Assembly (NCBI GenBank): GCA_030390025.1 | Contig: CM059434.1 | Span: forward strand, 84,630,001-84,694,000 | Origin: Squalus acanthias | Lineage: Eukaryota | Direction: 5' to 3' | Length of the DNA: 64,000 bases | Shown: positions 52,597 through 64,000 of the stretch, piece by piece | Layout of the letters: every line of letters begins with the position of its first letter | How positions within the stretch are numbered: position 1 is the stretch's first letter | Translations under genes and position numbers: made by a program | Notes under the pieces: model-generated | Database searches by the model: none | Told to the model about the DNA's origin: nothing | The model's input: only the letters and a program-made list of their open reading frames with translations

Positions 52597-53254
52597 TTTA
52601 TACCGGTCAAAGTAACAGTTGTTTCCTGGGGCAAAGCTTGTGGAGAAAAATAATAAAAAGGTTTATTTTCTTGTAACTGTTTCTCCCCCACTCTAATTCT
52701 TATCTTCTTGCAGAAGTCCCACTCTTTGAGTCACTCTTCTTACACTCTTGCACATTTTCTCTTGCCACACCTGCTTTTCTCTATGACTCATTCACTGATT
52801 TCCCTTCCTCTTCCCCAGCACCACCACCCCTCATTTATATTCTTTTCTTTTGATCGTGTCTTCATGCTTACTTTCCCCATTGCTTATACCTTTTCGCTGA
52901 TTATATTGCATTTACTCTCCAAGGTGAGCTGGAGATTATGGTAATGCGACTGAGGTAGATTGGCATTGAAATTGCACATGGGAGCAGGCCCAGAAAAAAT
53001 AATCAGAATTAAGGGGCATGGAGGTGTCATATGCATGTAGCAGTGGAAAGATCCTAGCCTGGAAATAAAGCAAAAGGCAAGCTTAAGCCCACTGAGATGG
53101 CGAGGTCTCGATGGGGGGGGGGGGGAAATGGGGAAGTGACAACCATAAATATAAAACAGCATTTTTTTTTATATGGCCCATTTTTCTTTACAATGCACAG
53201 TACTTCATACTTGTTTATAAAATTTTATTTGCCATTGTTCTGCCTGCTTACATA

Positions 53255-54140
53255 TTTTGTCCAACTCTCTCATCAGATGTAACATTCCCTCCTAATTTAG
53301 TGTCACCTGCAAATCATTCCTGAATCAGGCCATTTATGTCAATTACAAACAGAAGTGAGGCCAACACGATCCCTGGGGCACCTTAGTCAATACTTCCCCA
53401 CCCCAAAGTAACTCCTCTAATCAGTACCTGTTGTTGTCTTCCCAGCAACCAATTTCTTACCAAGATATACCATACCAAAGATTTATCCCACAGCTTTCAG
53501 CTTAACTAATGGACTTTCATGTGCAACTTTGTCAAGTGCCTTCGAGAAATCTGGGTACACCACTCCACATGGCTTTCCACAGTTTGCTTAGGATGCCATT
53601 CCTCAAAGAAGTCAAGAAGGTGGGTCAGGCAGGATCTTCTGATCTATGTTGACTGCTGTTTACTAAATTATTATACAGATAATCTTCAGGTTTACACCTG
53701 GTGATCAATTCCATTATTTTACATGGGATTGAAGAAAGATTAATGGGTCTGTAATTGCCTGCGTCTACTTTATTGCACATTTAAACATGGGTACCAAATT
53801 AGTCTGTTTCTAATCTATGGGAACCTTCCCAATGTCCGATGGCGCCTTTATAATGATAGTCAGTGCATCAGAGATCTTCTCACTCGTCTCCTTTAGCACT
53901 CTGCGATAACTACCATCTACCCTGGAGATCTACTGGTTTTGGATCCTTTTAGTTCCATCTCGTTTATATTGAAGTTGTTTATTTTGCCTGTATTATCTGT
54001 TTGGGAGGAGATGTTGCACTTGTCTTCCCATGTGGATCCTTGGAACAAGTTGTCATTCAGAATGTTTACAGTCTTGTGCGCATCCTCCGTTTCAAACCAG
54101 TTTGCATCTTTTATGGTTCTACACCTCTTCTCTTACTGCT
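53255..54140 (-). mobile_element. Old CR1 fragment
   Basis: Degenerate RT remnants on minus (GVPQGS, NYRPINL). Confidence 0.6.
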
Positions 54141-54412
54141 GATCCTACTCTTTATCAATAAGCACTGAAAGAACTTATTATTCTGCTTTGCATCTGCATT
54201 TGGGATGAATAAACAGAATGAGAAGTAGAATGTCTCTTTTTAAAACAGCTGTCACACAGCCACATATCGTTGGTGATGATGATTGGTAGGTAACTGACGT
54301 TTAATATTATAATACTACTCAGCTGTACCAATCCAATTTTCATGGCAACCTAGGTGACTTCGATGTATCCCTGAAATAAAAGTGGTGGTTGCTGTCTTGT
54401 CTCTGCAGACCT

Positions 54413-54452
54413 GGGAAGGGGAAGGGGAAGGGGAAGGTGGAGGTGGAGGTGG
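54413..54452. repeat. (GGGAAG)n(GGAGGT)n compound microsatellite
   Basis: Direct reading. Confidence 0.8.
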
Positions 54453-54954
54453 AATATGAAATGACACTAATATCCCAAAGACAGTAAAAGATAAAGGATC
54501 AATCCCTGCCAGGCTTTTTATTTTGGTGTGAGGGAAATGGAGGGAAAGACAAAAAAATGGATAGAAACAGTGAATTATGACCGTTTCCTTGGCAGTCTAA
54601 GCTTCACATTTGGGAGATTGTTGGTTGTCAATTAATTCACTGGGAACACCAAATAAACTTGAACAGAAATAACACATTCTTAGTATCCATAAGCAACTTT
54701 ATATCATGTGACTCCTATTAAGAAGCTTAATGTTAAAAAAAAATTCTTGACATACATCTATAAGATAAGCCGTGACTCTCACAAAATTGCATTTACTATT
54801 TAAGCTGCAGAAATTTACGTTAAGAATCTGTATTATGTCCTTAAAATACCTTACAAGAACTTATTTGGACCTCCCACCACAAATGGAATTAACATACGAT
54901 GTATAATTAAAAACTGAACTAGCACAAAAAAAATTGTAAAATATTTTCACATAC

Positions 54955-55020
54955 ATCGATGTCCAGATCTTCAGGTTTGTGGCTGTATAAAGTTTTTCTG
55001 TAATCATCCTGCTGAGCCAG
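54955..55020 (-). CDS. PLEKHA5: PLEKHA5 coding exon (66 nt, LAQQDDYRKTLYSHKPEDLDID)
   Basis: ttgtag|CTG, GAT|gtatg, phase 0/0; resembles recalled LSQDEGRGTLYKYRPEEVDID. Confidence 0.88.
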
Positions 55021-56255
55021 CTACAAGAACACGAATAAGAAAAAGTGATAGTGTTAAAATCTCAACGGATTAACTGAAGAAAGGAAGTTCAGCGATCTGG
55101 TGCTCCCAGCAGGTAGCCTAACTTGAAGAGAGCGCGAGTTGAAGATAGAGCTCCAACATTGTAGCACCGATTCTTCAATCTGTACTATGTTCAAACAAGG
55201 CTCCCACTGGGATCGCAGGATTGGTGAATTTAGTCTTGGAATTAAACAGTTCACGTTGATTTATTTTTGCCTTGAAATATGAAATTGCAGGTTATCTTTG
55301 ATAAGAAATATAAACAGGTGATATTATTCCATGGGAAAGAATGATTTTCAGAGATAAGGGAATCCTCAGCAAAGGGTTTTAGAATGTGTTCTTGCGGCTC
55401 TAAAAATGGAACATTTACACATCATATTTCACAGTAAATAAAAGATTAATATGTTGAAATTAGGCTCTTTGAAAAATAATGTACCAATGCGTAATGCACT
55501 TTTATGATATTCCTTTGCCTGCCATTTGAATGGAGCTGCTAACCTGTGCGGTAAGGAATTGTAGACCAATATCCAAAAATCATATCAAGGTATAACATTT
55601 TGAGAGACAAATACCTTATAGCTCAAAATTTATGAACCACTTTCTTATTTTAACAGTTAAACAACAAACACTCCACATTTTATCACTACATTCCAAGTGA
55701 TGAGAGGTAAAACTTTAGGCTTGCTCAATCTAATATGACAACAAAATTGCAAACACAGTGGTCAAATTTACTGTGAACTGCGCAACAGAAATACAACCCA
55801 TGATGATTCTTTCTTCAGGTCTGTAGAGCAGGCAGTGCAGAGAGGTCCCATTCCCATAATGTACTAAATACAACAGTCTTGTCTTATGGTACACCATATT
55901 ATAGCAATGAGCTAAATCTTACTGCTGTACAGCAACCAGCAGTAAATCTGAATACTTTTATCAAGCTCCAGAGCTATGAATTAATAGCAATTTTAAATTC
56001 AGTTGATTATAGTGTTGCGATAACTCCACAAATTTGAAAGTGTAACACTTATTTCACATTTGTAAAAGGTAGGTAATCTTATAGAAGAGATAAAAAGCAT
56101 AGATTTTCCCATCATTTTAATACCAGTATTAATAAGTGTATTTTACAAGGAAAAACCATAATCAGGAAATTTAGACCCTAATATGGTGCATTAAAGTACC
56201 CTTTCATGTTTGAAGTCACCATTAAGACACGTAAATAAAACAGGCAGTACAAACT

Positions 56256-56458
56256 GGGGGTAAAATTGGTCTGTGTCAGTAGCACGAAATGTGCTCGTAG
56301 TCCGTTTTACACCGCCCCCAATTTTCTTTTCCATTAAAGTAAATGAAATGAAAGATCAGGAGGTGGGGATGGGGTGGGGGGGCATGGTTGCTGTAGAATG
56401 GGCGGCCGACTCGCTATGAGCACGTTTCATGCCACTGGTACAGACCAATTTCACCCCC
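56256..56458. mobile_element. Palindromic MITE with ~45-bp TIRs
   Basis: GGGGGTAAAATTGGTCTGTGTCAGTAGCACGAAATGTGCTCGTAG pairs with CTATGAGCACGTTTCATGCCACTGGTACAGACCAATTTCACCCCC. Confidence 0.82.
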
Positions 56459-57082
56459 GTCAAGTGAATAATTATGTAAGTAATACAGAATATTTGCACA
56501 AATGATCTGGCCACAGCTTATTTAACTGTTTGTTGCTTTAAATCAGTCACCTCATGAATATATTTATTAAGTTAAATATGACTATAACCATTTTTAAAAA
56601 CAAAGTTGAAGTTAATGTGGAGTGCATGAATGCTGCCCCTTTTCATTCATGTAACTGCATTAAAAAAAGTTTTATAGAAGGTTTGTTCAACTACAACAGT
56701 AGCTAGATTGCTGTCAGTTTAGTATCAACGAGTTACAGTCTGGTCAACCCTCAAGTCTTTTTCACTAAAGAAAGCTGAAACACCCATCTCATCATCCCAA
56801 TGTCAGTTGGGCTGCTAGCACACACAGATTTTAAGGGTGAAACTACCTGTATTTTAAAATACAGCAGTATATCAGAATATTAATGGTACACATGTGGGGT
56901 TATTAATCTGCTATACCCAATGTAAGATACTATAGAGCTCAATCCATATGGGAAAGGCAGGAAGCAGTTAAGACAACAGTCTCAGAATTATATACAAATT
57001 TTAATCATTTAGAGTTTCTATCTGGCAGTGTATGGAATAATGACATTTGCATAATAAATGTCCACAGCATCACAAAACATAC

Positions 57083-57115
57083 CTTGGATCTGATCTTAAG
57101 AAGTTGAAGAAAGTA
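57083..57115 (-). CDS. PLEKHA5: Candidate 33-nt microexon (YFLQLLKIRSK)
   Basis: tgtgtcag|TAC acceptor, AAG|gtatg donor, phase 0/0, no stop; no transcript evidence. Confidence 0.45.
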
Positions 57116-57886
57116 CTGACACAGAATGCAAACTTCAATATTTCTGCAGCTTCTGCCGTCATATACTATATACATTTAAGCATGCTGTCACAACCGCCAT
57201 GCAGAAACACTGAGCGATGTTTAAGAAAAACACAGTAGGGAAGCACAACGTTTGCATCAACTTCAGATTACTTTGTGGGTACACATTTAGGGTATATGAG
57301 TGAAGGTCAGTGTATGAATAAGCGGCAGTGCTATATTTATACTTCAATAAAATTTTACAAAATAATTATGCTTTTGTTTATTTGACAAATAACTTAATTT
57401 TTTTTAAACTCAAAACAAACTGAATTAGAAACCTTTGGCAACAGAATTCCAGCCAAGCTTCAGTTACCTCAGGGTTGAAGACTGACCCACATTTCCATTC
57501 GATATGAACCCATTTCACCAATTCATTTTGGTTTGATTTGTTACTGTAACAAGTTAGTGGATTCTTTTAGGCACATTTTATGTCATATCCTGTTCCAGAT
57601 GAGATGAGATTCAGACTGGAGCTTGTCAGATTTTAGTCTATACAATTCCAAAACCAGATCTAAAACACATAGGAGCATCTTCAGCAGAGTTTGCAGTAAA
57701 GCATAACGTATCTTATGGATGGTAAAATAAGCCATGCTAACACTGTTGCAGCATGGTTCAAATGCATGGATGAATGTCATTGAAGTAAAATAAGAACTCT
57801 AGGGTATGATTCAAGTGTAATAAACTGAAAGCTGCCATACACAGGGCTCTGTGATTAAGCAAAGCAACCAATATCCAAGACCTTAC

Positions 57887-57967
57887 TTGCTTGTATACTT
57901 GTGGCCTTGGTGCCGAGTTCTCAATCATAGTGTGAACCGTGGCGATTAAAGGTTCATTTTCTTTCAT
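57887..57967 (-). CDS. PLEKHA5: PLEKHA5 coding exon (81 nt, MKENEPLIATVHTMIENSAPRPQVYKQ)
   Basis: atag|ATG acceptor, CAA|gtaag donor, phase 0/0; resembles recalled MKENEPIITMVHTMIENSALRPQLYQQ. Confidence 0.92.
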
Positions 57968-59453
57968 CTATTTCAAATCAGGAGGAGCATACAGTAAACA
58001 TCAGTTTACAGCATGGCTGGATTTAAAAGATGAAACAGTGATTATAGCTCCTGCTTTTTAGAATAGATACCAAAGCCTTTTGCAAGCATTATACACCAAA
58101 CTGAAAAAGATTACTGTAGGGGTATTAGATACTACAAAGCAAATCAAAAAAATGGAAATCAGTTTACAAGTCTGATCACAAAAAATTCTGTGGACACACA
58201 TTGGGAGGAATTAATCAACTGGGTTCGTCTTTGGCAAATTTGCAACAACGCAACAGGTTTGCGTTTTATTTGAAAGAAATTATAATATTTTCAGCTTAAT
58301 ATTACGGTGAAATGCTTGAAACGCAGGCAAAATACTTCTTTTTCCTGCAGTAAGAGGTAAAATATGGAGTTTTCTAGTTTTCCATTTTATATTCTTTATT
58401 TCTGAGCACTTAAAATCAAAGATTAAATTTTTTTATGGAGCTATAACTGATTCAATAATATCATCTCTTACCTCCCACAACAGCCAGAAGTTTATAAACA
58501 AAAGATTGTTTTCAGTTGAAGAGAAAGAATCCCCACAAAATCCTAAGTACTAACACAAGGAGATGCATGTATACATACTGGTGCGCCTCAGTCCTCCCTT
58601 TTGATGGAGATTTTATAAAATTTCCTCCTCTATGATGACACAGAATACAGCACATTGCGTTTCTGTAATTAGGCAGAAGCCTCTATGTAAAATATCTGCT
58701 CACAGGCAGCCAGTTGAAGTATAAACTACAGGAACAATGAAGGACTGCAACACACTAAGATGTATATACACAAATCTTAACAACATACTGTACATTAACA
58801 TTTTGCATTGAATAGAAGTTGCACAGTTAACATTTAAAGGTTAACTTCAAAGTTTGTTGCCAAAACAATGCTGCCATTTAACACTGTATTTGGCCACACT
58901 GTCATTTTGCGAATACAGTAATAATGGATTTGGTAATGGAGATATTTTTAATTAAGATATTTTATTTGAAAAGATTAATAACAAACTTAAATTAATTCAA
59001 GACATTAGGTGGTTATTAATTATCAGTCAGCTAAGCAACTTCTCAAGTTCCCTTTACTAGTCTTTTTAAAAAAAAATAGGAACTGTATTAAATTCAAATA
59101 GGCAGTTTAAACCATTGTAAACATAGTTGAACTTCTATCGGAATTTCTCAGTGGATTCTTAAAGAATGAACCTTTACAGATACTGTGAAGTCATCTCCGT
59201 TCAACAAGTCATTTTTAAGTTCCAAAATGATGTCATTTGTTTCGTTTTATGGGGAGTGGGGGCATTGAGAAGAGATACGCAGCAACAAAGCATCAGAAAC
59301 CTAGACTGGAATCATTAGCAGATTAAATTCTCTCCATTTGGGATGGGGGTTATTTGCTACCAGGCCAGTTGAGGTATTTTTGGTGGCACATAAAAGTAAG
59401 CCATGCACTGGGAAACTAAAGAAGATGGAAAAATTCATTTCTAGTACTCCCAC

Positions 59454-59507
59454 CTGATAATCCAAATACACGAGGTTTCTTTGAAGGTGATGAGTGAGGA
59501 TATCATT
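59454..59507 (-). CDS. PLEKHA5: PLEKHA5 coding exon (54 nt, NDILTHHLQRNLVYLDYQ)
   Basis: ttag|AAT acceptor, CAG|gtggg donor, phase 0/0; resembles recalled human NEILSHHLQRNTIYLDHQ. Confidence 0.88.
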
Positions 59508-59689
59508 CTAACAGGCAGCAATAAATAAGAACAAAGAATGTAAAATAAGAAAGAAGAGGAACAGTAGCAGAGGATAATCTGTTAAAATACCAGGAATTTA
59601 AGGAAACATGTTCACTGACACTACAAGGTTGCATCTGTATCACTCAATTTATTAAACAGTAGCTCATTCATAAAGGAAAAGGCAAAGCC

Positions 59690-59868
59690 AGGTTTAAGCA
59701 CTTTCTTGAAAAGTACATTAATCAGCCTTGAACAAGAGAAACATGAAAAGGAAGAAATTGCAGGGCTATGGGGAAAGAGCAGGGGAGTGGGTGTTAATTG
59801 GTGGTTTTTTCAAAGAGCCAGCACAGACAAGATGGGCCAGATGGCCTCCCCTCTGTGCTGTATGATTT
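59690..59868 (+). mobile_element. CR1 3' end
   Basis: Same 3' UTR as 29880-30000 in opposite orientation. Confidence 0.75.
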
Positions 59869-60405
59869 AAAAATGCTAAGTAATCTGTCGCGTGAAATGG
59901 GCACTTGCAGCACAAAACGTTTGGCCGTAGCATTTTAGTACAAAGTCACAAAAGGAAGACATTTCCCTCCCAGATGCAGTTCGCAGAACAATCAATTTAA
60001 GCGCACGCACATTCAGGTACAAGATCGATAATTTCAGCATTTTAGTTTTGATCTCCCATCCAAAAAATGATACCATATTTGCACGAGTACCCAGTTGCAA
60101 CCTTTTTTTTAAAAAAAGGCTAAATTCACAACCACACATGAATGGGAAACACCACTTGCAATCTTACTGGTGCAGTGTAGGAAAATGATTTCAGCACAAG
60201 CAATCTATTTATTTTTATAAACACTGATGAAATCAATATGGGGTGGGAGTGTTTGTCATTTTTAGATTCTACAAAAAGATTGGGATTTCAATCACACTCA
60301 AAAACTATATATAAATATTTAAAATTTAAACAACTACACAAATCAGTAATGGATGAGATTATAAAACAATGGTGATGGAGTACGACAGATTATTTTACAG
60401 CTGAC

Positions 60406-60525
60406 CTTGGGATTTGCGTCACTGAGATTCAGCTGCACGAGTTGTGCTGCTGTTTGCTCCCGGATGCTGTTCAGTTCCGCTTGCTGCCGCCTCAGCTTGA
60501 TTAGCAGCAGTGTCAGCTCCTCCGG
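60406..60525 (-). CDS. PLEKHA5: PLEKHA5 coding exon (120 nt, PEELTLLLIKLRRQQAELNSIREQTAAQLVQLNLSDANPK); most 5' exon found, gene continues beyond window
   Basis: cctgcag|CCG acceptor, AAG|gtcag donor, phase 0/0; peptide matches recalled PLEKHA5 long-isoform segment EELTLLLIKLRRQQAEL. Confidence 0.93.
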
Positions 60526-61544
60526 CTGCAGGTATGCAGTTTGGGGAGCCAAAAAGGGGGAAAACACATTAATTTGTCACCTACACAACTGTATTATCTA
60601 GAAGTACACAATTCTCTGGAAGTGGAAGTTGAACAGAATATACAAGTACAGCCAAATATTAACACCAGGCATCACTGTCGGGATGAAGCGGGTTAAAAAG
60701 ATTAATTTGTCAGTGATAACGGCTGAGCATTTTTTGGCAGATAGTTGGACATGGACAGAGAGAGATGTCTGGGCACAATTCACAATGAACCGCTTTCTAT
60801 TTCACCCCATGTGCAGGTGCAAACAAGAGAATCAGGTTTACACACAATCAATAGCTCTTTCAAAACACATGGAGATTCCTAACTCCTCTGGACACATGCC
60901 AGAGCATGTTACGTGCAGTCCATCAGAAACTGTTCAAGCATAATTCCTCCAGGGGAGTTTCTTTGAGACTTGACTGCAATAGATCCAGTTACATTTTTAC
61001 TGAAATGCATCTTGCACAGTTGAAAGTTCTTTTACATTTTTGTAACAATATTTGAAGTAGCAGCATCCCTTTCCGAGTGATCAAATGAAAGAGTTCAAAG
61101 ACACCACTTTTACTCTGGCGCCTCCATCTTAAATGACCAGCGAAAGGTACTGATTCACTACTTTATTACCCGCAAACTCAAATTATCCTGATAATGAAAA
61201 AGCATTCCATTTTCTTCAAGATGCATTTCATGTTTTGTGGCCCACATCATGAAGGATTTAACTTGGATACAAAGAATTGTGGATGAGAATTTGTATTTTC
61301 CCCATCAGAGGCCACACTCAACCAAAGATCAGATACAGGATTTTCTCCTGAATCGATCAGCTAACACTGATCCACATTCCATTACTCGACAGCCAGAGGT
61401 CATATGTTTAGCTTTATGAAGTTTCAGAAATATATAAACAGATCTCCATCTTTGTTTTTGTTTTAAGATCAGTGCTGAAAACCTCCACTTGTCCAGTTAT
61501 AAATTCTTCTCCAGCTTTTTTGAGTTGAAAGAAAGAACGAAGCA

Positions 61545-61965
61545 ACAAACTTGCATTTATGTAGCACGACCTCAGAACATCCCAAAGCACTTCACAGCCA
61601 ATTAAGTATTTTTGAACTGTATCATTGTTGTAATGCAGGGAAACGGGACGACATATCTGCGCAGAGCAAAGTCCCGCAAACAGCAGTGAGAAAAATAATC
61701 AGATAATGTATTTTAGTGATATTGGTTGAGGGATAAATATCAGCCAGGACATGCAGACACCTGCTCTACTTCAAATAGTGCCAAGGGATCTTTAATGTCC
61801 TCCTGAGAGGGCAGACAAGGCCTCGGGTTAATATCTCATCCAAAACCTGGCACCTCCGACGATGCAGCACTCCCTTAGGACTGCACTGAAATGTCAGCCC
61901 AGATTATGTGCTCAAGTCTCTGGAGTGGGGCTTGAACACACGACCTGCTGACCTGGAGTCCAGGA
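61545..61965 (-). mobile_element. Deu-domain SINE, older copy
   Basis: Colinear with 7715-8140. Confidence 0.8.
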
Positions 61966-64000
61966 TGAACAACAGAACAATTCACCTGGTTAAAATATTC
62001 AGATTTTGTATTCCCATTGCAGAATTTCATAGGGTGGCTACTCAAGACTCAGAAGTCAGGCCCAAAGGCTTGCAGCCTGAACAATTTCCTATCCAGTGTG
62101 GACAGGAAATCATTCAGGCCGAGAATCAGGAACACTGAACATTAGGAGTGGGTTGCCAATCAGTTGTCCTGTCCTATGTGTCTGAAGAACTGATATGAGC
62201 GCCAGTCACATTAAGATCTGCACAAGCTCATAAAGTGACCTGTTACTGTTATATTTTACGATGTAGATCTTGTTAAACAAAGACCTCTCCAAATCAAACT
62301 TTAAAAAAAAATGGCATGGCGTTTTTCTGCAATTTTTCTAGCCCTTTCCTTTAACATCAATATGCTTAAATCTCCATTTCCATTCTAGCTCTATGCCAAT
62401 GTCCAGATTTTTAGGATTGAATTTCTTTTAGTAAACCTTCTCAAGTTGTGGCAGGTGAAAAGCTAATTTCAGCAGAGTTCGAAAAGCAGGTCATATCCCA
62501 GTAATTTCTAAAATAAGTTTTCCCAGTAGGACTCCAGCCAGAGAACAGCCACTCATCTGCCATCCAATGTAACAGCAGGGAGTAATTATACACAGCACCA
62601 TGCATATACAGAGCATCAGTCTGCACTTGCATCACTATTGAGGTTAGCCAAAATGATACAAATCTATCAAAATACAGGTTATCCTGACATGACTCAAACT
62701 GGGTCACCTCTTATTATGCACCACTTCTTAAAAGTTAAATATGTAAAGGAATTTATCATCACTCTGGTAAAGACTGATAACAACCAAAGCATTGTTTAAT
62801 TTCCTAATCATAGTTTCTTGCTATTATATTTTGAGATAAAAATATTCTAGGATTCTTGCAGGGATAAATAGGTTTGTCAAAATGAAGCAATATCAAAATA
62901 CCCGTTAAAAAGAGAAAGGATTGAAATAATTTTCAAACTGCATGCTTTCAATTTTTACACTGAAAAGAAACAGGAAAAAAAATAATGGCTTTCTACAGAC
63001 ATATCCGGTATGTATAGAATAGTAATAAAATAAGAGTCACTTTGAAACAAAGGTGATGTTGACACATAAGCACAGAAAAGTAAGTCAGGATTATTTATGG
63101 GAATGAGTACTTTGATGGCCATATGTACTACATGCTCACTGAGGTCATTTGCTAACTGCTTTCTGGGATGATACTTTTCTTCCGCTGTGAGTGCTTTGAA
63201 GTGTGTGGTGACATGCTTCAGAGATTCCAGACTGCACGATCTTGGGCTAAATTCTCCTAGGTTTCTGGATGAGTGCCACCTTTACTAAGTCTTCTCTTCA
63301 GGTTATTCTTGAATCATTTGTTCTGACCCCTATTGATCTTGCTCTTGTCACCAGCTGGCTGTACAACACGGTTATAGGAAGATGCTCATCTAATATGCAG
63401 ATGCCTCCAGCCCACCAAAGCTGGCCTGTCTAACCACAATTAGAATGCTTGTTATGCTAGTGCACTGCAGCACTTGGGTGTTCATCACTGCTTCTTGTCC
63501 CTTAATTTTCAGGAGATATTGTGCATGCTTCGACTACTTTGTATGCCAATTGTGAAGAACCCAGGTTTCACACCTGTAGTTGAATGTACGTCTGCACTAC
63601 ACTTCAGTTTGTCTTTGGTTCTGAACATTATGGAACAGGTGGTCACATGCATATTTGCCTGACACAGTTGCTTATTTTCTGGCCCAACTGTGAATCACAT
63701 TGCCTAGGCACACACTGTAATAAAGACGTTAGCTAGCATGAGATTAGATTTGTTGCAAGATTGCTCCAGCCTAGTCTGGTGCGTAACTTGGGTCTTTTGT
63801 CAAGCTGGTAATCCACCTGCAACACAAACTTGACCCAGCAAACTGATCAATATGTTGTAGCTTGACTTTATGAGAAGGTACAGTACTGTCGGTGAATAAA
63901 AGTTCATGGCCCTTAGTCTACGGAGATCGAAAGTGCTGTTTGGAATTATATATTGACATCCTTGTTCAAATCTGTTGTGGCATCATCCAGAATAGCTACA

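Noticed and set aside
21933-60525. PLEKHA6 or PLEKHA7 as gene identity
   Set aside because: GPDYRLYKSEPELTTV, ERPRSAVEQL and the QLTEGSHFMCV terminus match recalled PLEKHA5 best.

Overview
Vertebrate genomic DNA; the repeat families point to a cartilaginous fish (shark-like). It is not a prokaryotic locus. The right three-quarters hold the 3' half of PLEKHA5 on the minus strand. I reconstructed 16 coding exons from 60525 down to the TGA at 21933-21935. All have AG/GT boundaries and phases that join in frame, ending ...QLTEGSHFMCV*. A 3'-UTR intron and a terminal UTR exon (~19067-17650) follow. Two extra frame-preserving microexons and one possible poison exon are candidates. The rest is introns and 3' intergenic DNA filled with decayed CR1, L2, RTE and Penelope-like retroelements, Deu-domain SINEs, a truncated 5S rDNA copy, minisatellites and at least nine MITEs, most with GG(G)-N5-AATT termini. 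Most ORFs in the supplied track are repeat fragments or noise. I found no convincing new protein-coding system. The most notable structures are: an RTE with a 44-bp target-site duplication and a nested MITE; a CR1 carrying a templated 216-bp copy of neighbouring DNA; an internally inverted CR1; and a MITE carrying consensus 5' splice sites in the gene's sense orientation. Family names and human comparisons are from recall, not database searches.
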